Positions 45,938-58,637 of a stretch of DNA of 64,000 nucleotides are shown here, piece by piece. The stretch is from Escherichia coli (lineage in GTDB: Bacteria > Pseudomonadota > Gammaproteobacteria > Enterobacterales > Enterobacteriaceae). Under the pieces are notes generated by a model, which was not told the origin of the DNA, ran no database searches, and worked only from the letters and a program-made list of their open reading frames with translations. Each line of letters opens with the position of its first letter. The first letter of the stretch is position 1. The position numbers and the translations under genes were made by a program. Location: assembly GCF_003334785.1 (NCBI RefSeq), contig NZ_QOWV01000009.1; one strand, 5' to 3'.

Positions 45938-45953
45938 TGTGATCTTTATCACA
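45938..45953. promoter_or_regulatory. Candidate CRP binding site upstream of maa
   Basis: TGTGA-TCTTTA-TCACA, perfect match to both consensus half-sites, centred about 86 bp upstream of the maa start. Confidence 0.4.
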
Positions 45954-46031
45954 CAGATGTAATGGGAACGTTCTCTTCACTGACTTTTCGTCTTACTGTG
46001 TTGCCGCATTTTCAGCAACCGGAGGTCAGTA

Positions 46032-46583
46032 ATGAGCACAGAAAAAGAAAAGATGATTGCTGGTGAGTTGTATCGCTCGGCAGATGAGACGTTATCTCGC
46101 GATCGCCTGCGCGCTCGTCAGCTTATTCACCGATACAATCATTCCCTGGCGGAAGAGCACACATTACGCCAGCAAATTCTCGCTGATCTATTCGGTCAGG
46201 TGACAGAGGCTTATATTGAGCCAACGTTTCGCTGTGACTATGGCTATAACATTTTTCTCGGTAATAATTTTTTCGCCAACTTCGATTGCGTGATGCTTGA
46301 TGTCTGCCCTATTCGCATCGGTGATAACTGTATGTTGGCACCAGGCGTTCATATCTACACGGCAACACATCCCATCGACCCTGTAGCACGTAATAGCGGT
46401 GCTGAACTGGGGAAACCCGTCACCATCGGTAATAACGTCTGGATTGGCGGACGCGCGGTCATTAACCCTGGTGTGACCATTGGTGATAACGTCGTGGTAG
46501 CCTCAGGTGCAGTTGTCACAAAAGATGTCCCGGACAACGTTGTCGTGGGCGGTAATCCAGCCAGAATAATTAAAAAATTGTAA
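46032..46583 (+). CDS. maa: Maltose O-acetyltransferase (hexapeptide-repeat acyltransferase)
   Basis: Left-handed beta-helix hexapeptide repeats ([27 protein letters not shown]..). Confidence 0.92.
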
Positions 46584-46698
46584 TCGGTTTTTCGCAACTG
46601 TTATGCAAAATTGTGGTAGATCTGTTACTTCCCCTCTACTATTCCCACGTTAAAATAGGGTGTTCCCTGGAAAGTTGCAGATACCACGAAGGCAAACG

Positions 46699-47169
46699 AT
46701 GACCGAAATACAACGCCTGCTGACCGAAACGATTGAGTCTCTGAATACCCGCGAAAAACGCGACAACAAACCCCGCTTTAGTATCAGTTTTATCCGTAAA
46801 CATCCGGGGCTGTTTATCGGTATGTACGTTGCTTTTTTTGCCACCCTGGCGGTGATGTTGCAGTCCGAAACGCTGTCAGGCTCTGTCTGGCTACTGGTTG
46901 TATTATTTATCCTGCTTAATGGTTTCTTCTTTTTCGATGTCTACCCACGCTACCGCTATGAAGATATCGACGTGCTGGATTTCCGCGTTTGCTATAACGG
47001 CGAATGGTACAACACGCGCTTTGTACCTGCCGCGCTGGTTGAAGCCATCTTGAACTCTCCGCGTGTCGCGGATGTTCATAAGGAACAACTGCAAAAAATG
47101 ATCGTCCGTAAAGGTGAACTGTCTTTTTACGATATTTTTACCCTCGCTCGCGCCGAATCAACATCTTAA
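46699..47169 (+). CDS. ylaC: Inner membrane protein of unknown function
   Basis: 156-aa product from ATG 46699 with two TM helices. Confidence 0.85.
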
Positions 47170-47332
47170 GTTAGGGTTACATACCAGGCGTAAAGCTCTG
47201 CGCCTGGTCAAATGACAATGATCGTTTCCACCCATCACTTCATGAAATACCAGCTCTACCTCCTTATCTCCAGCCAGCCTTTTTCCACAATCAGATATAC
47301 TTTCCCTACACTGTGTTAATAAGGATATGCTG

Positions 47333-48883
47333 GTGAGAACACGACATCTGGTCGGCCTTATTTCGGGAGTACTGATTCTTTCAGTATTGCTGCCTGTCGG
47401 CTTAAGCATCTGGCTGGCCCATCAGCAGGTAGAAACATCGTTTATTGAAGAGCTGGATACCTATTCCTCCCGCGTCGCTATTCGAGCCAATAAGGTGGCG
47501 ACACAAGGGAAAGATGCGCTGCAGGAGCTGGAAAGATGGCAAGGCGCTGCCTGTAGCGAAGCCCATCTCATGGAAATGCGTCGGGTATCTTACAGTTATC
47601 GCTATATTCAGGAAGTGGCTTATATCGATAACAACGTTCCCCAGTGTTCGTCTCTGGAGCATGAAAGTCCGCCCGATACCTTCCCCGAGCCAGGTAAAAT
47701 TTCGAAAGATGGTTATCGTGTCTGGTTAACATCGCATAACGATTTAGGCATTATCCGTTACATGGTCGCCATGGGAACGGCACATTATGTCGTCATGATC
47801 GACCCCGCTTCCTTTATTGATGTCATTCCCTATAGCTCATGGCAAATTGATGCCGCCATTATTGGCAATGCCCATAACGTTGTCATAACCAGCAGCGATG
47901 AAATTGCTCAGGGAATTATTACCAGGCTACAAAAAACACCCGGTGAGCATATCGAAAATAATGGAATCATTTACGATATCCTGCCCTTACCGGAGATGAA
48001 TATTTCGATCATCACATGGGCTTCAACGAAAATGTTGCAGAAAGGCTGGCATCGGCAAGTCTTTATTTGGTTACCGCTCGGGTTGGTGATTGGCCTGCTG
48101 GCAGCGATGTTTGTGCTGCGTATTTTGCGCCGTATTCAGTCACCGCATCATCGGCTGCAGGATGCTATCGAAAATCGTGATATTTGCGTGCACTATCAGC
48201 CGATTGTCTCCTTAGCCAATGGCAAAATTGTCGGTGCTGAGGCACTGGCGCGCTGGCCGCAGACAGACGGTAGTTGGTTGTCACCAGATAGTTTTATTCC
48301 GCTGGCACAGCAAACGGGCCTTTCTGAGCCATTGACGCTACTGATTATAAGAAGCGTCTTTGAAGATATGGGCGACTGGCTGCGTCAGCATCCACAGCAG
48401 CATATTTCGATCAATCTTGAATCCCCCGTGCTCACCTCGGAAAAAATCCCGCAATTGCTGCGTGACATGATCAATCACTATCAGGTTAATCCCAGACAGA
48501 TCGCGCTTGAACTCACTGAACGCGAGTTTGCCGATCCGAAAACCAGCGCCCCGATAATTTCTCGCTACCGGGAGGCGGGCCATGAAATTTATCTTGATGA
48601 TTTTGGTACGGGGTATTCAAGTTTAAGTTATTTACAGGATCTGGATGTCGACATTCTGAAGATCGATAAATCTTTCGTTGATGCGCTGGAATATAAAAAT
48701 GTCACGCCGCATATCATCGAAATGGCAAAAACACTGAAACTGAAAATGGTAGCGGAGGGAATCGAAACCAGTAAACAAGAAGAGTGGTTACGCCAGCATG
48801 GCGTGCACTACGGTCAGGGCTGGCTCTACAGCAAGGCATTACCGAAAGAAGATTTCTTACGCTGGGCCGAGCAACATTTGTGA
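47333..48883 (+). CDS. pdeB: c-di-GMP phosphodiesterase (CSS periplasmic sensor domain plus EAL domain)
   Basis: N-terminal TM and periplasmic domain, second TM, C-terminal EAL domain; GTG 47333 chosen as start, ATG 47327 is an alternative. Confidence 0.88.
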   Translation: MRTRHLVGLISGVLILSVLLPVGLSIWLAHQQVETSFIEELDTYSSRVAIRANKVATQGKDALQELERWQGAACSEAHLMEMRRVSYSYRYIQEVAYIDNNVPQCSSLEHESPPDTFPEPGKISKDGYRVWLTSHNDLGIIRYMVAMGTAHYVVMIDPASFIDVIPYSSWQIDAAIIGNAHNVVITSSDEIAQGIITRLQKTPGEHIENNGIIYDILPLPEMNISIITWASTKMLQKGWHRQVFIWLPLGLVIGLLAAMFVLRILRRIQSPHHRLQDAIENRDICVHYQPIVSLANGKIVGAEALARWPQTDGSWLSPDSFIPLAQQTGLSEPLTLLIIRSVFEDMGDWLRQHPQQHISINLESPVLTSEKIPQLLRDMINHYQVNPRQIALELTEREFADPKTSAPIISRYREAGHEIYLDDFGTGYSSLSYLQDLDVDILKIDKSFVDALEYKNVTPHIIEMAKTLKLKMVAEGIETSKQEEWLRQHGVHYGQGWLYSKALPKEDFLRWAEQHL

Positions 48884-48924
48884 ATTTTTGGGCTGACGGC
48901 ACGCCGCACAGCCCGTCACGCTAC

Positions 48925-49278
48925 CTATTCGTCGATGATTGACTCGAATCCGCCATAGATCATTCGCTTGCCGTCAAACGGCATGGACTCGCCGAACTCT
49001 TTCATCCGTGGGTCCGACATCATCTTTTGATTAGCAGCGTCGCGGACCTCTTTTGAAGGGTATTCAATCCAGCTAAAGACAACCTCTTCATTCTCTTCCG
49101 CTTTCACCGCCATACGAAAATCGGTCACTTTGCCATCCGGTACATCGCTGGCCCAGCATTCGACAATACGAAGCGCGCCAAACTCTTTAAACAATGGCGC
49201 AGCCTTAGCGGCCATTTCCCGATAGGCATCCTTTTTATCGGCAGGAACGGCAACCACAAAACCATCAACATACTTCAT
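48925..49278 (-). CDS. ybaA: DUF1428-family protein
   Basis: 117-aa ORF in track. Confidence 0.85.
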   Translation of the reverse strand: MKYVDGFVVAVPADKKDAYREMAAKAAPLFKEFGALRIVECWASDVPDGKVTDFRMAVKAEENEEVVFSWIEYPSKEVRDAANQKMMSDPRMKEFGESMPFDGKRMIYGGFESIIDE

Positions 49279-49388
49279 CAGACATACCTCCGAAGCGTAC
49301 TGCGCAGCCAGACAATTCTTGCGACGTCAGTTGTGGTTAAAGTTTAGCCATGTTGGGATTTTTTGACGAAACGGTGGGAGGCAGAAAT

Positions 49389-49502
49389 GGGTGGGGGCCC
49401 TGCCAGCTACATCCCGGCACACGCGTCATCTGCCTTGGCTGCTTCCTTCCGGACCTGACCTGGTAAACAGAGTAGCGTTGCGGGAGAACCAACAGAGCCC
49501 CC
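49389..49502 (-). ncRNA. ffs: 4.5S RNA (signal recognition particle RNA)
   Basis: Minus strand reads GGGGGCTCTGTTGGTTCTCCCGCAACGCTACTCTGTTTACCAGGTCAGGTCCGGAAGGAAGCAGCCAAGGCAGATGACGCGTGTGCCGGGATGTAGCTGGCAGGGCCCCCACCC, 114 nt, matching the 4.5S RNA sequence as I recall it. Confidence 0.93.
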
Positions 49503-49578
49503 ATTGAGAGCGTTGAGAACCAACGCGCAGGCGCATTATCACTGCTGCCCCGGCTAATTGCAACCCATCGCGTGCCAG

Positions 49579-49968
49579 ATGCTGGTTTCTTGCGCAATGC
49601 GACTTCACTCGGGCGTTTTTCCAGATTATGCTGAAAAATTACCTCAGGAAGAAAAGATGGAAAAAGAAGATTCATTTCCCCAACGCGTCTGGCAAATCGT
49701 CGCCGCTATTCCCGAAGGCTATGTCACCACTTACGGTGATGTGGCGAAACTGGCGGGATCGCCCCGCGCCGCGCGCCAGGTGGGCGGTGTGTTAAAGCGT
49801 CTCCCTGAAGGCAGCACCTTACCCTGGCACCGGGTGGTTAATCGCCACGGCACAATTTCGCTAACCGGACCGGATTTACAGCGTCAGCGACAGGCATTAC
49901 TGGCAGAAGGTGTGATGGTATCGGGAAGCGGGCAAATCGACTTGCAGCGTTATCGCTGGAACTACTAA
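49579..49968 (+). CDS. atl: Alkyltransferase-like protein (MGMT-like DNA-binding domain without the active-site Cys)
   Basis: 129-aa product with PWHRVV in place of the PCHRV motif of O6-alkylguanine alkyltransferases; start at 49579. Confidence 0.9.
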   Translation: MLVSCAMRLHSGVFPDYAEKLPQEEKMEKEDSFPQRVWQIVAAIPEGYVTTYGDVAKLAGSPRAARQVGGVLKRLPEGSTLPWHRVVNRHGTISLTGPDLQRQRQALLAEGVMVSGSGQIDLQRYRWNY

Positions 49969-49990
49969 CCCTCTCCGGGCGGAGAGGGTT
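49967..49990. terminator. Hairpin between convergent atl and ybaY (no T-run, terminator function uncertain)
   Basis: AACCCTCTCC-gggc-GGAGAGGGTT, perfect 10-bp stem. Confidence 0.45.
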
Positions 49991-49998
49991 AACGTCGC

Positions 49999-50571
49999 TT
50001 AATATTGCGTAGGAGCTGGAACTGCCGAAGACGGATTCACCTGAGTTGGTGAAGTCGAAGGTACGGTAGTCGTTGCGCCACCGCTGGCCTGAACCGGCAC
50101 GGCGGTTTGCTGTACCGGCACCAATGTCAGGTCGGCTTTAGTTCCGCCCTGGTTGATCACCGGCTGAACGGTATCGGTGATAAATACCTGTTTGTCATTC
50201 ACGGTAATCGCCGCACTCAACAGAATACGCGCGTTCGGCTGAACATCTGCCGGGTTAAATGGCAGAACAAAGCTGAATGGTGACTGTTTACCTTCAGTAC
50301 GCACCGCTTTCTGCGCCAGCACTTTTGACGGTGCATCGGCTAACGACGCGTCAGAAAGTGTCACGGTCAGCACAGCATCAGGCGGCAGTGCGACTTTCTG
50401 ACGGATCCAGACGGTACCGGAGACATTCGGTTGCTGGATAGCTGGTTGTTGTGTTGCTGAAATAGACGTATTTGCAGCCGGTGCTGGCGTCTGAATATCC
50501 GCGCTTTTATCTGCGCAAGCCGCCAACGCAATCGCAACCGCTAAACCACTGGCCATGTGCACGAGTTTCAT
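49999..50571 (-). CDS. ybaY: Lipoprotein of unknown function
   Basis: Signal peptide with lipobox LAAC; Pro/Thr/Ala-rich C-terminus. Confidence 0.88.
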   Translation of the reverse strand: MKLVHMASGLAVAIALAACADKSADIQTPAPAANTSISATQQPAIQQPNVSGTVWIRQKVALPPDAVLTVTLSDASLADAPSKVLAQKAVRTEGKQSPFSFVLPFNPADVQPNARILLSAAITVNDKQVFITDTVQPVINQGGTKADLTLVPVQQTAVPVQASGGATTTVPSTSPTQVNPSSAVPAPTQY

Positions 50572-50788
50572 TCATTTCTCCTTATTATCAATGCACCAGC
50601 GGGCTAACTTTCCTCGCCGGAAGAGTGGTTAACAAAATAGTAACGTCAACAAGTGTGGCACACATCACGCATTTCTGCCTGTAATTAGCCCGTAATTCAG
50701 ACCATTGCACCCATCGGACCAGTAGCAAATTTGCGTTATACTCAACTCACTTTGGCTTGCTGCGGCAGCTTTGTTACTGGAGAGTTAT

Positions 50789-51649
50789 ATGAGTCAGGCG
50801 CTAAAAAATTTACTGACATTGTTAAATCTGGAAAAAATTGAGGAAGGACTCTTTCGCGGCCAGAGTGAAGATTTAGGTTTACGCCAGGTGTTTGGCGGCC
50901 AGGTCGTGGGTCAGGCCTTGTATGCTGCAAAAGAGACCGTCCCTGAAGAGCGGCTGGTACATTCGTTTCACAGCTACTTTCTTCGCCCTGGCGATAGTAA
51001 GAAGCCGATTATTTATGATGTCGAAACGCTGCGTGACGGTAACAGCTTCAGCGCCCGCCGGGTTGCTGCTATTCAAAACGGCAAACCGATTTTTTATATG
51101 ACTGCCTCTTTCCAGGCACCAGAAGCGGGTTTCGAACATCAAAAAACAATGCCGTCCGCGCCAGCGCCTGATGGCCTACCTTCGGAAACGCAAATCGCCC
51201 AATCGCTGGCGCACCTGCTGCCGCCAGTGCTGAAAGATAAATTCATCTGCGATCGTCCGCTGGAAGTCCGTCCGGTGGAGTTTCATAACCCACTGAAAGG
51301 TCACGTCGCAGAACCACATCGTCAGGTGTGGATCCGCGCAAATGGTAGCGTGCCGGATGACCTGCGCGTTCATCAGTATCTGCTCGGTTACGCTTCTGAT
51401 CTTAACTTCCTGCCGGTAGCTCTACAGCCGCACGGCATCGGTTTTCTCGAACCGGGGATTCAGATTGCCACCATTGACCATTCCATGTGGTTCCATCGCC
51501 CGTTTAATTTGAATGAATGGCTGCTGTATAGCGTGGAGAGCACCTCGGCGTCCAGCGCACGTGGCTTTGTGCGCGGTGAGTTTTATACCCAAGACGGCGT
51601 ACTGGTTGCCTCGACCGTTCAGGAAGGGGTGATGCGTAATCACAATTAA
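50789..51649 (+). CDS. tesB: Acyl-CoA thioesterase II (double hotdog fold)
   Basis: 286-aa product from ATG 50789 ([20 protein letters not shown]...). Confidence 0.93.
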
Positions 51650-51688
51650 AAAAATAGCCGGAGGTGAAAACCGTCCGGCTGTTTTTTG
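51650..51688. terminator. Bidirectional intrinsic terminator between convergent tesB and amtB
   Basis: AAAAAT-AGCCGGA-ggtgaaaaccg-TCCGGCT-GTTTTTTG, stem flanked by A-run and T-run. Confidence 0.75.
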
Positions 51689-51697
51689 CAGTGCTTG

Positions 51698-52984
51698 TTA
51701 CGCGTTATAGGCATTCTCGCCGTGGCTGTTGACATCCAGCCCTTCTCGCTCCTGCTCTTCCGGTACACGCAGACCAACCGTCAGATCCGCCAATTTGTAG
51801 CCGATAAATGCCACAACACCGGACCAGACGATCGTAATGGCGATGCTTTCCAGCTGTACCAGCAACTGATGGCCCATCGTCACACCTTCAGCGAAGCCCA
51901 CGCCGCCCAGCGAGCTGGCGGCAAAAATCCCGGTCATGATACAGCCGACAATGCCACAAACGCCGTGCACACCGAAGACATCGCAGGGATCATCCACCCG
52001 CAGCAAGCGTTTGAGCATGGTAACGCCCCACAAGCCCGCCAGACCAGCTACCACGCCGATAATCAACGCGCCGCCAACCCCAATGTAGCCGCAGGCTGGC
52101 GTCACGCCGACCAGACCGGCAATCGCGCCAGAACACGCCCCCAGCAGTGAAGGCTTACCACGCAGCGCCCATTCACCGAAGATCCAGCCAAGAATTGCCG
52201 CCGCCGTTGCGACCACAGTATTCACAAATGCCAGTGCCGCGATTTCATTCGCCGTGCCCGCTGACCCGGCGTTAAAGCCAAACCAACCGATATAGAGAAT
52301 GGCAGTCCCGGTGAAGACCATCGGCAGGTTGTGCGGTTTAAACGCCTCTTTACCGAAGCCCACGCGTTTTCCTATCAGATACGCGCCCACCAGACCGGCG
52401 ATTGCGGCGTTAATGTGCACCACGGTGCCACCCGCGAAATCCAGCGCACCGTGAGAAGCCAGCAAACCACCGCCCCACACCATATGCGCAATCGGAATGT
52501 AAGAGAGCGTCAGCCATACCACCACGAAAATCAACACAGCTGAGAAGCGGATTCGTTCCGCCAGCGCCCCAACTATCAAGCCGACGGTAATGCAGGCAAA
52601 CGATCCCTGAAACGCCACGTGGATATACTGATAAATGCTGCCCATCACCGCCGTCAGTTCGATGTTTTTCAGCATCAACCAGTTAATGTTGCCGAAGAAG
52701 TTGTTGCCCTCACCAAACGCCAGCGAGTAACCGTAAACCACCCAGAGAATACAGACCAGTGCAAATGTCACCGTCACCTGCGTCAGCATCGACAGCACGT
52801 TTTTGCCGCGAATCAACCCACCGTAAAACAGGGCAATCCCCGGAATAGTCATAAACAGCACCAGCGCAGTACAAATCATCATAAACGCATTGTCGGCTTT
52901 ATCGGCCACCGCAGGTGCAGCCATTACCAGTCCCGGAAGCATCGCCAGTGAAGCAAGCCCAGTTTTTATCGTCGCTATCTTCAT
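51698..52984 (-). CDS. amtB: Ammonium channel (Amt family)
   Basis: 428 aa with signal peptide and 11 TM helices; immediately downstream of glnK. Confidence 0.95.
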   Translation of the reverse strand: MKIATIKTGLASLAMLPGLVMAAPAVADKADNAFMMICTALVLFMTIPGIALFYGGLIRGKNVLSMLTQVTVTFALVCILWVVYGYSLAFGEGNNFFGNINWLMLKNIELTAVMGSIYQYIHVAFQGSFACITVGLIVGALAERIRFSAVLIFVVVWLTLSYIPIAHMVWGGGLLASHGALDFAGGTVVHINAAIAGLVGAYLIGKRVGFGKEAFKPHNLPMVFTGTAILYIGWFGFNAGSAGTANEIAALAFVNTVVATAAAILGWIFGEWALRGKPSLLGACSGAIAGLVGVTPACGYIGVGGALIIGVVAGLAGLWGVTMLKRLLRVDDPCDVFGVHGVCGIVGCIMTGIFAASSLGGVGFAEGVTMGHQLLVQLESIAITIVWSGVVAFIGYKLADLTVGLRVPEEQEREGLDVNSHGENAYNA

Positions 52985-53013
52985 TTTTCGTTCCTGTTGC
53001 TGTGTGCCAGAGA

Positions 53014-53352
53014 TTACAGCGCCGCTTCGTCGGCTTCGCCGGTACGAATACGAATGACGCGTTGCAATTCAGCGACGAAGATTTTGCCGTCGCCAATTTT
53101 TCCGGTGTAAGCCGCCTTACTGACGATATCGATCACTTCATCGAGTTGGTCATCAGCAATCGCCACATCAATTTTTACTTTTGGCAGGAAATTGACGCTG
53201 TATTCCGCCCCCCGGTACAGCTCGGCATGCCCTTTCTGACGCCCGAAACCTTTCACTTCGGTGACGGTCAGGCCCTGAATACCAATGGAAGATAACGCTT
53301 CACGAACGTCTTCCAGCTTGAATGGTTTGATTATCACGGTCACCAGCTTCAT
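53014..53352 (-). CDS. glnK: Nitrogen regulatory protein PII-2
   Basis: 112-aa PII protein MKLVTVIIKPFKLEDVREAL... with T-loop RGAEY (uridylylation Tyr51); start at 53352. Confidence 0.95.
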   Translation of the reverse strand: MKLVTVIIKPFKLEDVREALSSIGIQGLTVTEVKGFGRQKGHAELYRGAEYSVNFLPKVKIDVAIADDQLDEVIDIVSKAAYTGKIGDGKIFVAELQRVIRIRTGEADEAAL

Positions 53353-53403
53353 AGATCCCCTCCGGTCAGAATTCGGTAATGGTTCTGCTACACGAAGAAG
53401 GTA

Positions 53404-53420
53404 TTGCAAGCGGTGTGCCA
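53404..53420 (-). promoter_or_regulatory. sigma54 (-24/-12) promoter of glnK-amtB
   Basis: Minus strand TGGCAC-ACCGC-TTGCAA, a perfect match to TGGCAC-N5-TTGCA, about 50 nt upstream of the glnK start. Confidence 0.8.
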
Positions 53421-53473
53421 GAAATGAAAAACGAGAAAGAGAGCAGGAAGTTAAGAAGTTTGAAAATGAAAAC

Positions 53474-53488
53474 GCACTATGACAGTGC
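53474..53488. promoter_or_regulatory. Candidate NtrC enhancer site upstream of the glnK sigma54 promoter
   Basis: Palindrome GCACT-ATGAC-AGTGC resembling the NtrC consensus TGCACCA-N3-TGGTGCA, about 60 bp upstream of the -24 element. Confidence 0.55.
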
Positions 53489-53532
53489 ACAGTGCGTTAC
53501 ATTTTTGCACCAACGATGAAATATTGCGCTAT

Positions 53533-57079
<3,547 letters not shown>

Positions 57080-57108
57080 GCGTTGTGTCCTGACCTGATT
57101 CTGGATAT

Positions 57109-57567
57109 TTATTCGATGGGTAAAGAAGTGGTGTATTTAATCTGTTCCATCGCGAAGCTGGAAGTGACGTCCGACAGCCCCGGCACGCTGTTTACCAGAC
57201 GCTTATAAAACTCGTCGTAGCGTTTCATGTCGGCAACCTGGACGCGCATCAGATAATCGTATTCACCAGCCATGCGCCAGAACCCCAGCACTTCTGGCAT
57301 TTCGGTAACCACCGTGACAAAGCGGCAATACCATTCGCTGCTGTGATGTTGCGTTTTTATCAGCACAAAAGCGGTCAGGCCGAGGCCTATTTTTTCCGGA
57401 TCCAGCAGGGCGACTTTGCCGATAAGGATACCGTCGTCCTCCAGCCGTTTCAGGCGCTTCCAGCAAGGGGGGGTTGTCAGATTAACGGCTTCAGCCAGTG
57501 CCTGCAAAGAGAGGGTGCAATCCTGCTGCAGTAAGGCCAGCAGCTTACGGTCAATTTTATCTAACAT
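57109..57567 (-). CDS. decR: Lrp/AsnC-family transcriptional regulator
   Basis: 152-aa product from 57567 ([16 protein letters not shown]...), HTH plus RAM domain. Confidence 0.88.
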   Translation of the reverse strand: MLDKIDRKLLALLQQDCTLSLQALAEAVNLTTPPCWKRLKRLEDDGILIGKVALLDPEKIGLGLTAFVLIKTQHHSSEWYCRFVTVVTEMPEVLGFWRMAGEYDYLMRVQVADMKRYDEFYKRLVNSVPGLSDVTSSFAMEQIKYTTSLPIE

Positions 57568-57719
57568 AGCCCTTCCACAGAGAATTTTTTTCTCTTTTAA
57601 TTTTATTTTAAAGGTGAAATCACGACAATTTATTCTGTGCGGTTTAAACACCACGGCACAAAATGACAAATTCAACGCAAAAAAAACCGGGCAATTGCCC
57701 GGTGCTGGAAGGGATCTCG

Positions 57720-58538
57720 TTATTCGGGGGAATAAGGTAGATGTGGATAGTCCAGCCAGTGCGTCAAATAGTGAGAGACAGCCTGATTTCGGCAATGTCC
57801 AATCACCGGTAAATGCGGGAGCTCCGCGCGCAGTTGCGGCATCGCATTGCCCATAATAAATCCGCTACCGACGCTGACTAACATTTCGCGATCGTTCATC
57901 GCATCACCAAAGGCCATGCAATCGCGCAACGATAAACCTAAATGTTGGGTCAGCACCGTCAATGCAGCGCCTTTATTGCAGCCCACCGGCAGCACTTCGA
58001 GGCAATCCGTGGCGGAAAAACACAAATGTGCACGCTCGCCTAATGCTTCGTATAGCTGGATCTGCAAGCGTGTAAGATCGTCGTGATCGCCACAGAAGCA
58101 GATCTTGGTGACGCTGCCGAGTGGCATTTTTTTGACATCGATTATCTGATAACGAAAACCGCTATAGACAAATGCCTGCAACAACGCAGGGATCTCTTTC
58201 CCGGTAAACCAACCGTCGTCATTGAAGATATGCATGCTGGCTCGGGTATCCCATTGCTGATACAGCACCAGCTCCGCGACATCCGCAGGTAAATCATCAC
58301 GATGTAAAAGTTCACCTTCCAGAGAATGCACGCGCGTTCCGTTGCCGGTAATCAAATACGCATCCAGCGATAGCGCCCCGAGAATATGCTGCATCTCCAG
58401 CGCATGACGCCCCGTGGCAAAAGTGAGGGTAATGTCGCGTTCACGCAGTCGCGCCAAAGTAGAGAGGGTTTTCTCACCTAAATGATGGTCAGGCATCAAT
58501 AAAGTGCCATCCATATCAAATGCTGCCAGACGAGCCAT
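57720..58538 (-). CDS. cof: HAD-superfamily phosphatase (HMP-PP phosphatase, Cof subfamily)
   Basis: HAD motif I FDMDGTLL; start at 58538. Confidence 0.9.
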   Translation of the reverse strand: MARLAAFDMDGTLLMPDHHLGEKTLSTLARLRERDITLTFATGRHALEMQHILGALSLDAYLITGNGTRVHSLEGELLHRDDLPADVAELVLYQQWDTRASMHIFNDDGWFTGKEIPALLQAFVYSGFRYQIIDVKKMPLGSVTKICFCGDHDDLTRLQIQLYEALGERAHLCFSATDCLEVLPVGCNKGAALTVLTQHLGLSLRDCMAFGDAMNDREMLVSVGSGFIMGNAMPQLRAELPHLPVIGHCRNQAVSHYLTHWLDYPHLPYSPE

Positions 58539-58637
58539 TTCTTTCTCCACTCTGTGACACGGTTAATGGTGATTGAGTATCACCTGATATATACGGAAGT
58601 AATAGTGAATAGTTAAATAATATTGTTCCGGGTTTAT

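Noticed and set aside
49337-49675. Minus-strand ORFs of 112 and 60 aa between ybaA and atl
   Set aside because: They overlap the 4.5S RNA gene (ffs) exactly. The region is an RNA gene, not protein-coding.
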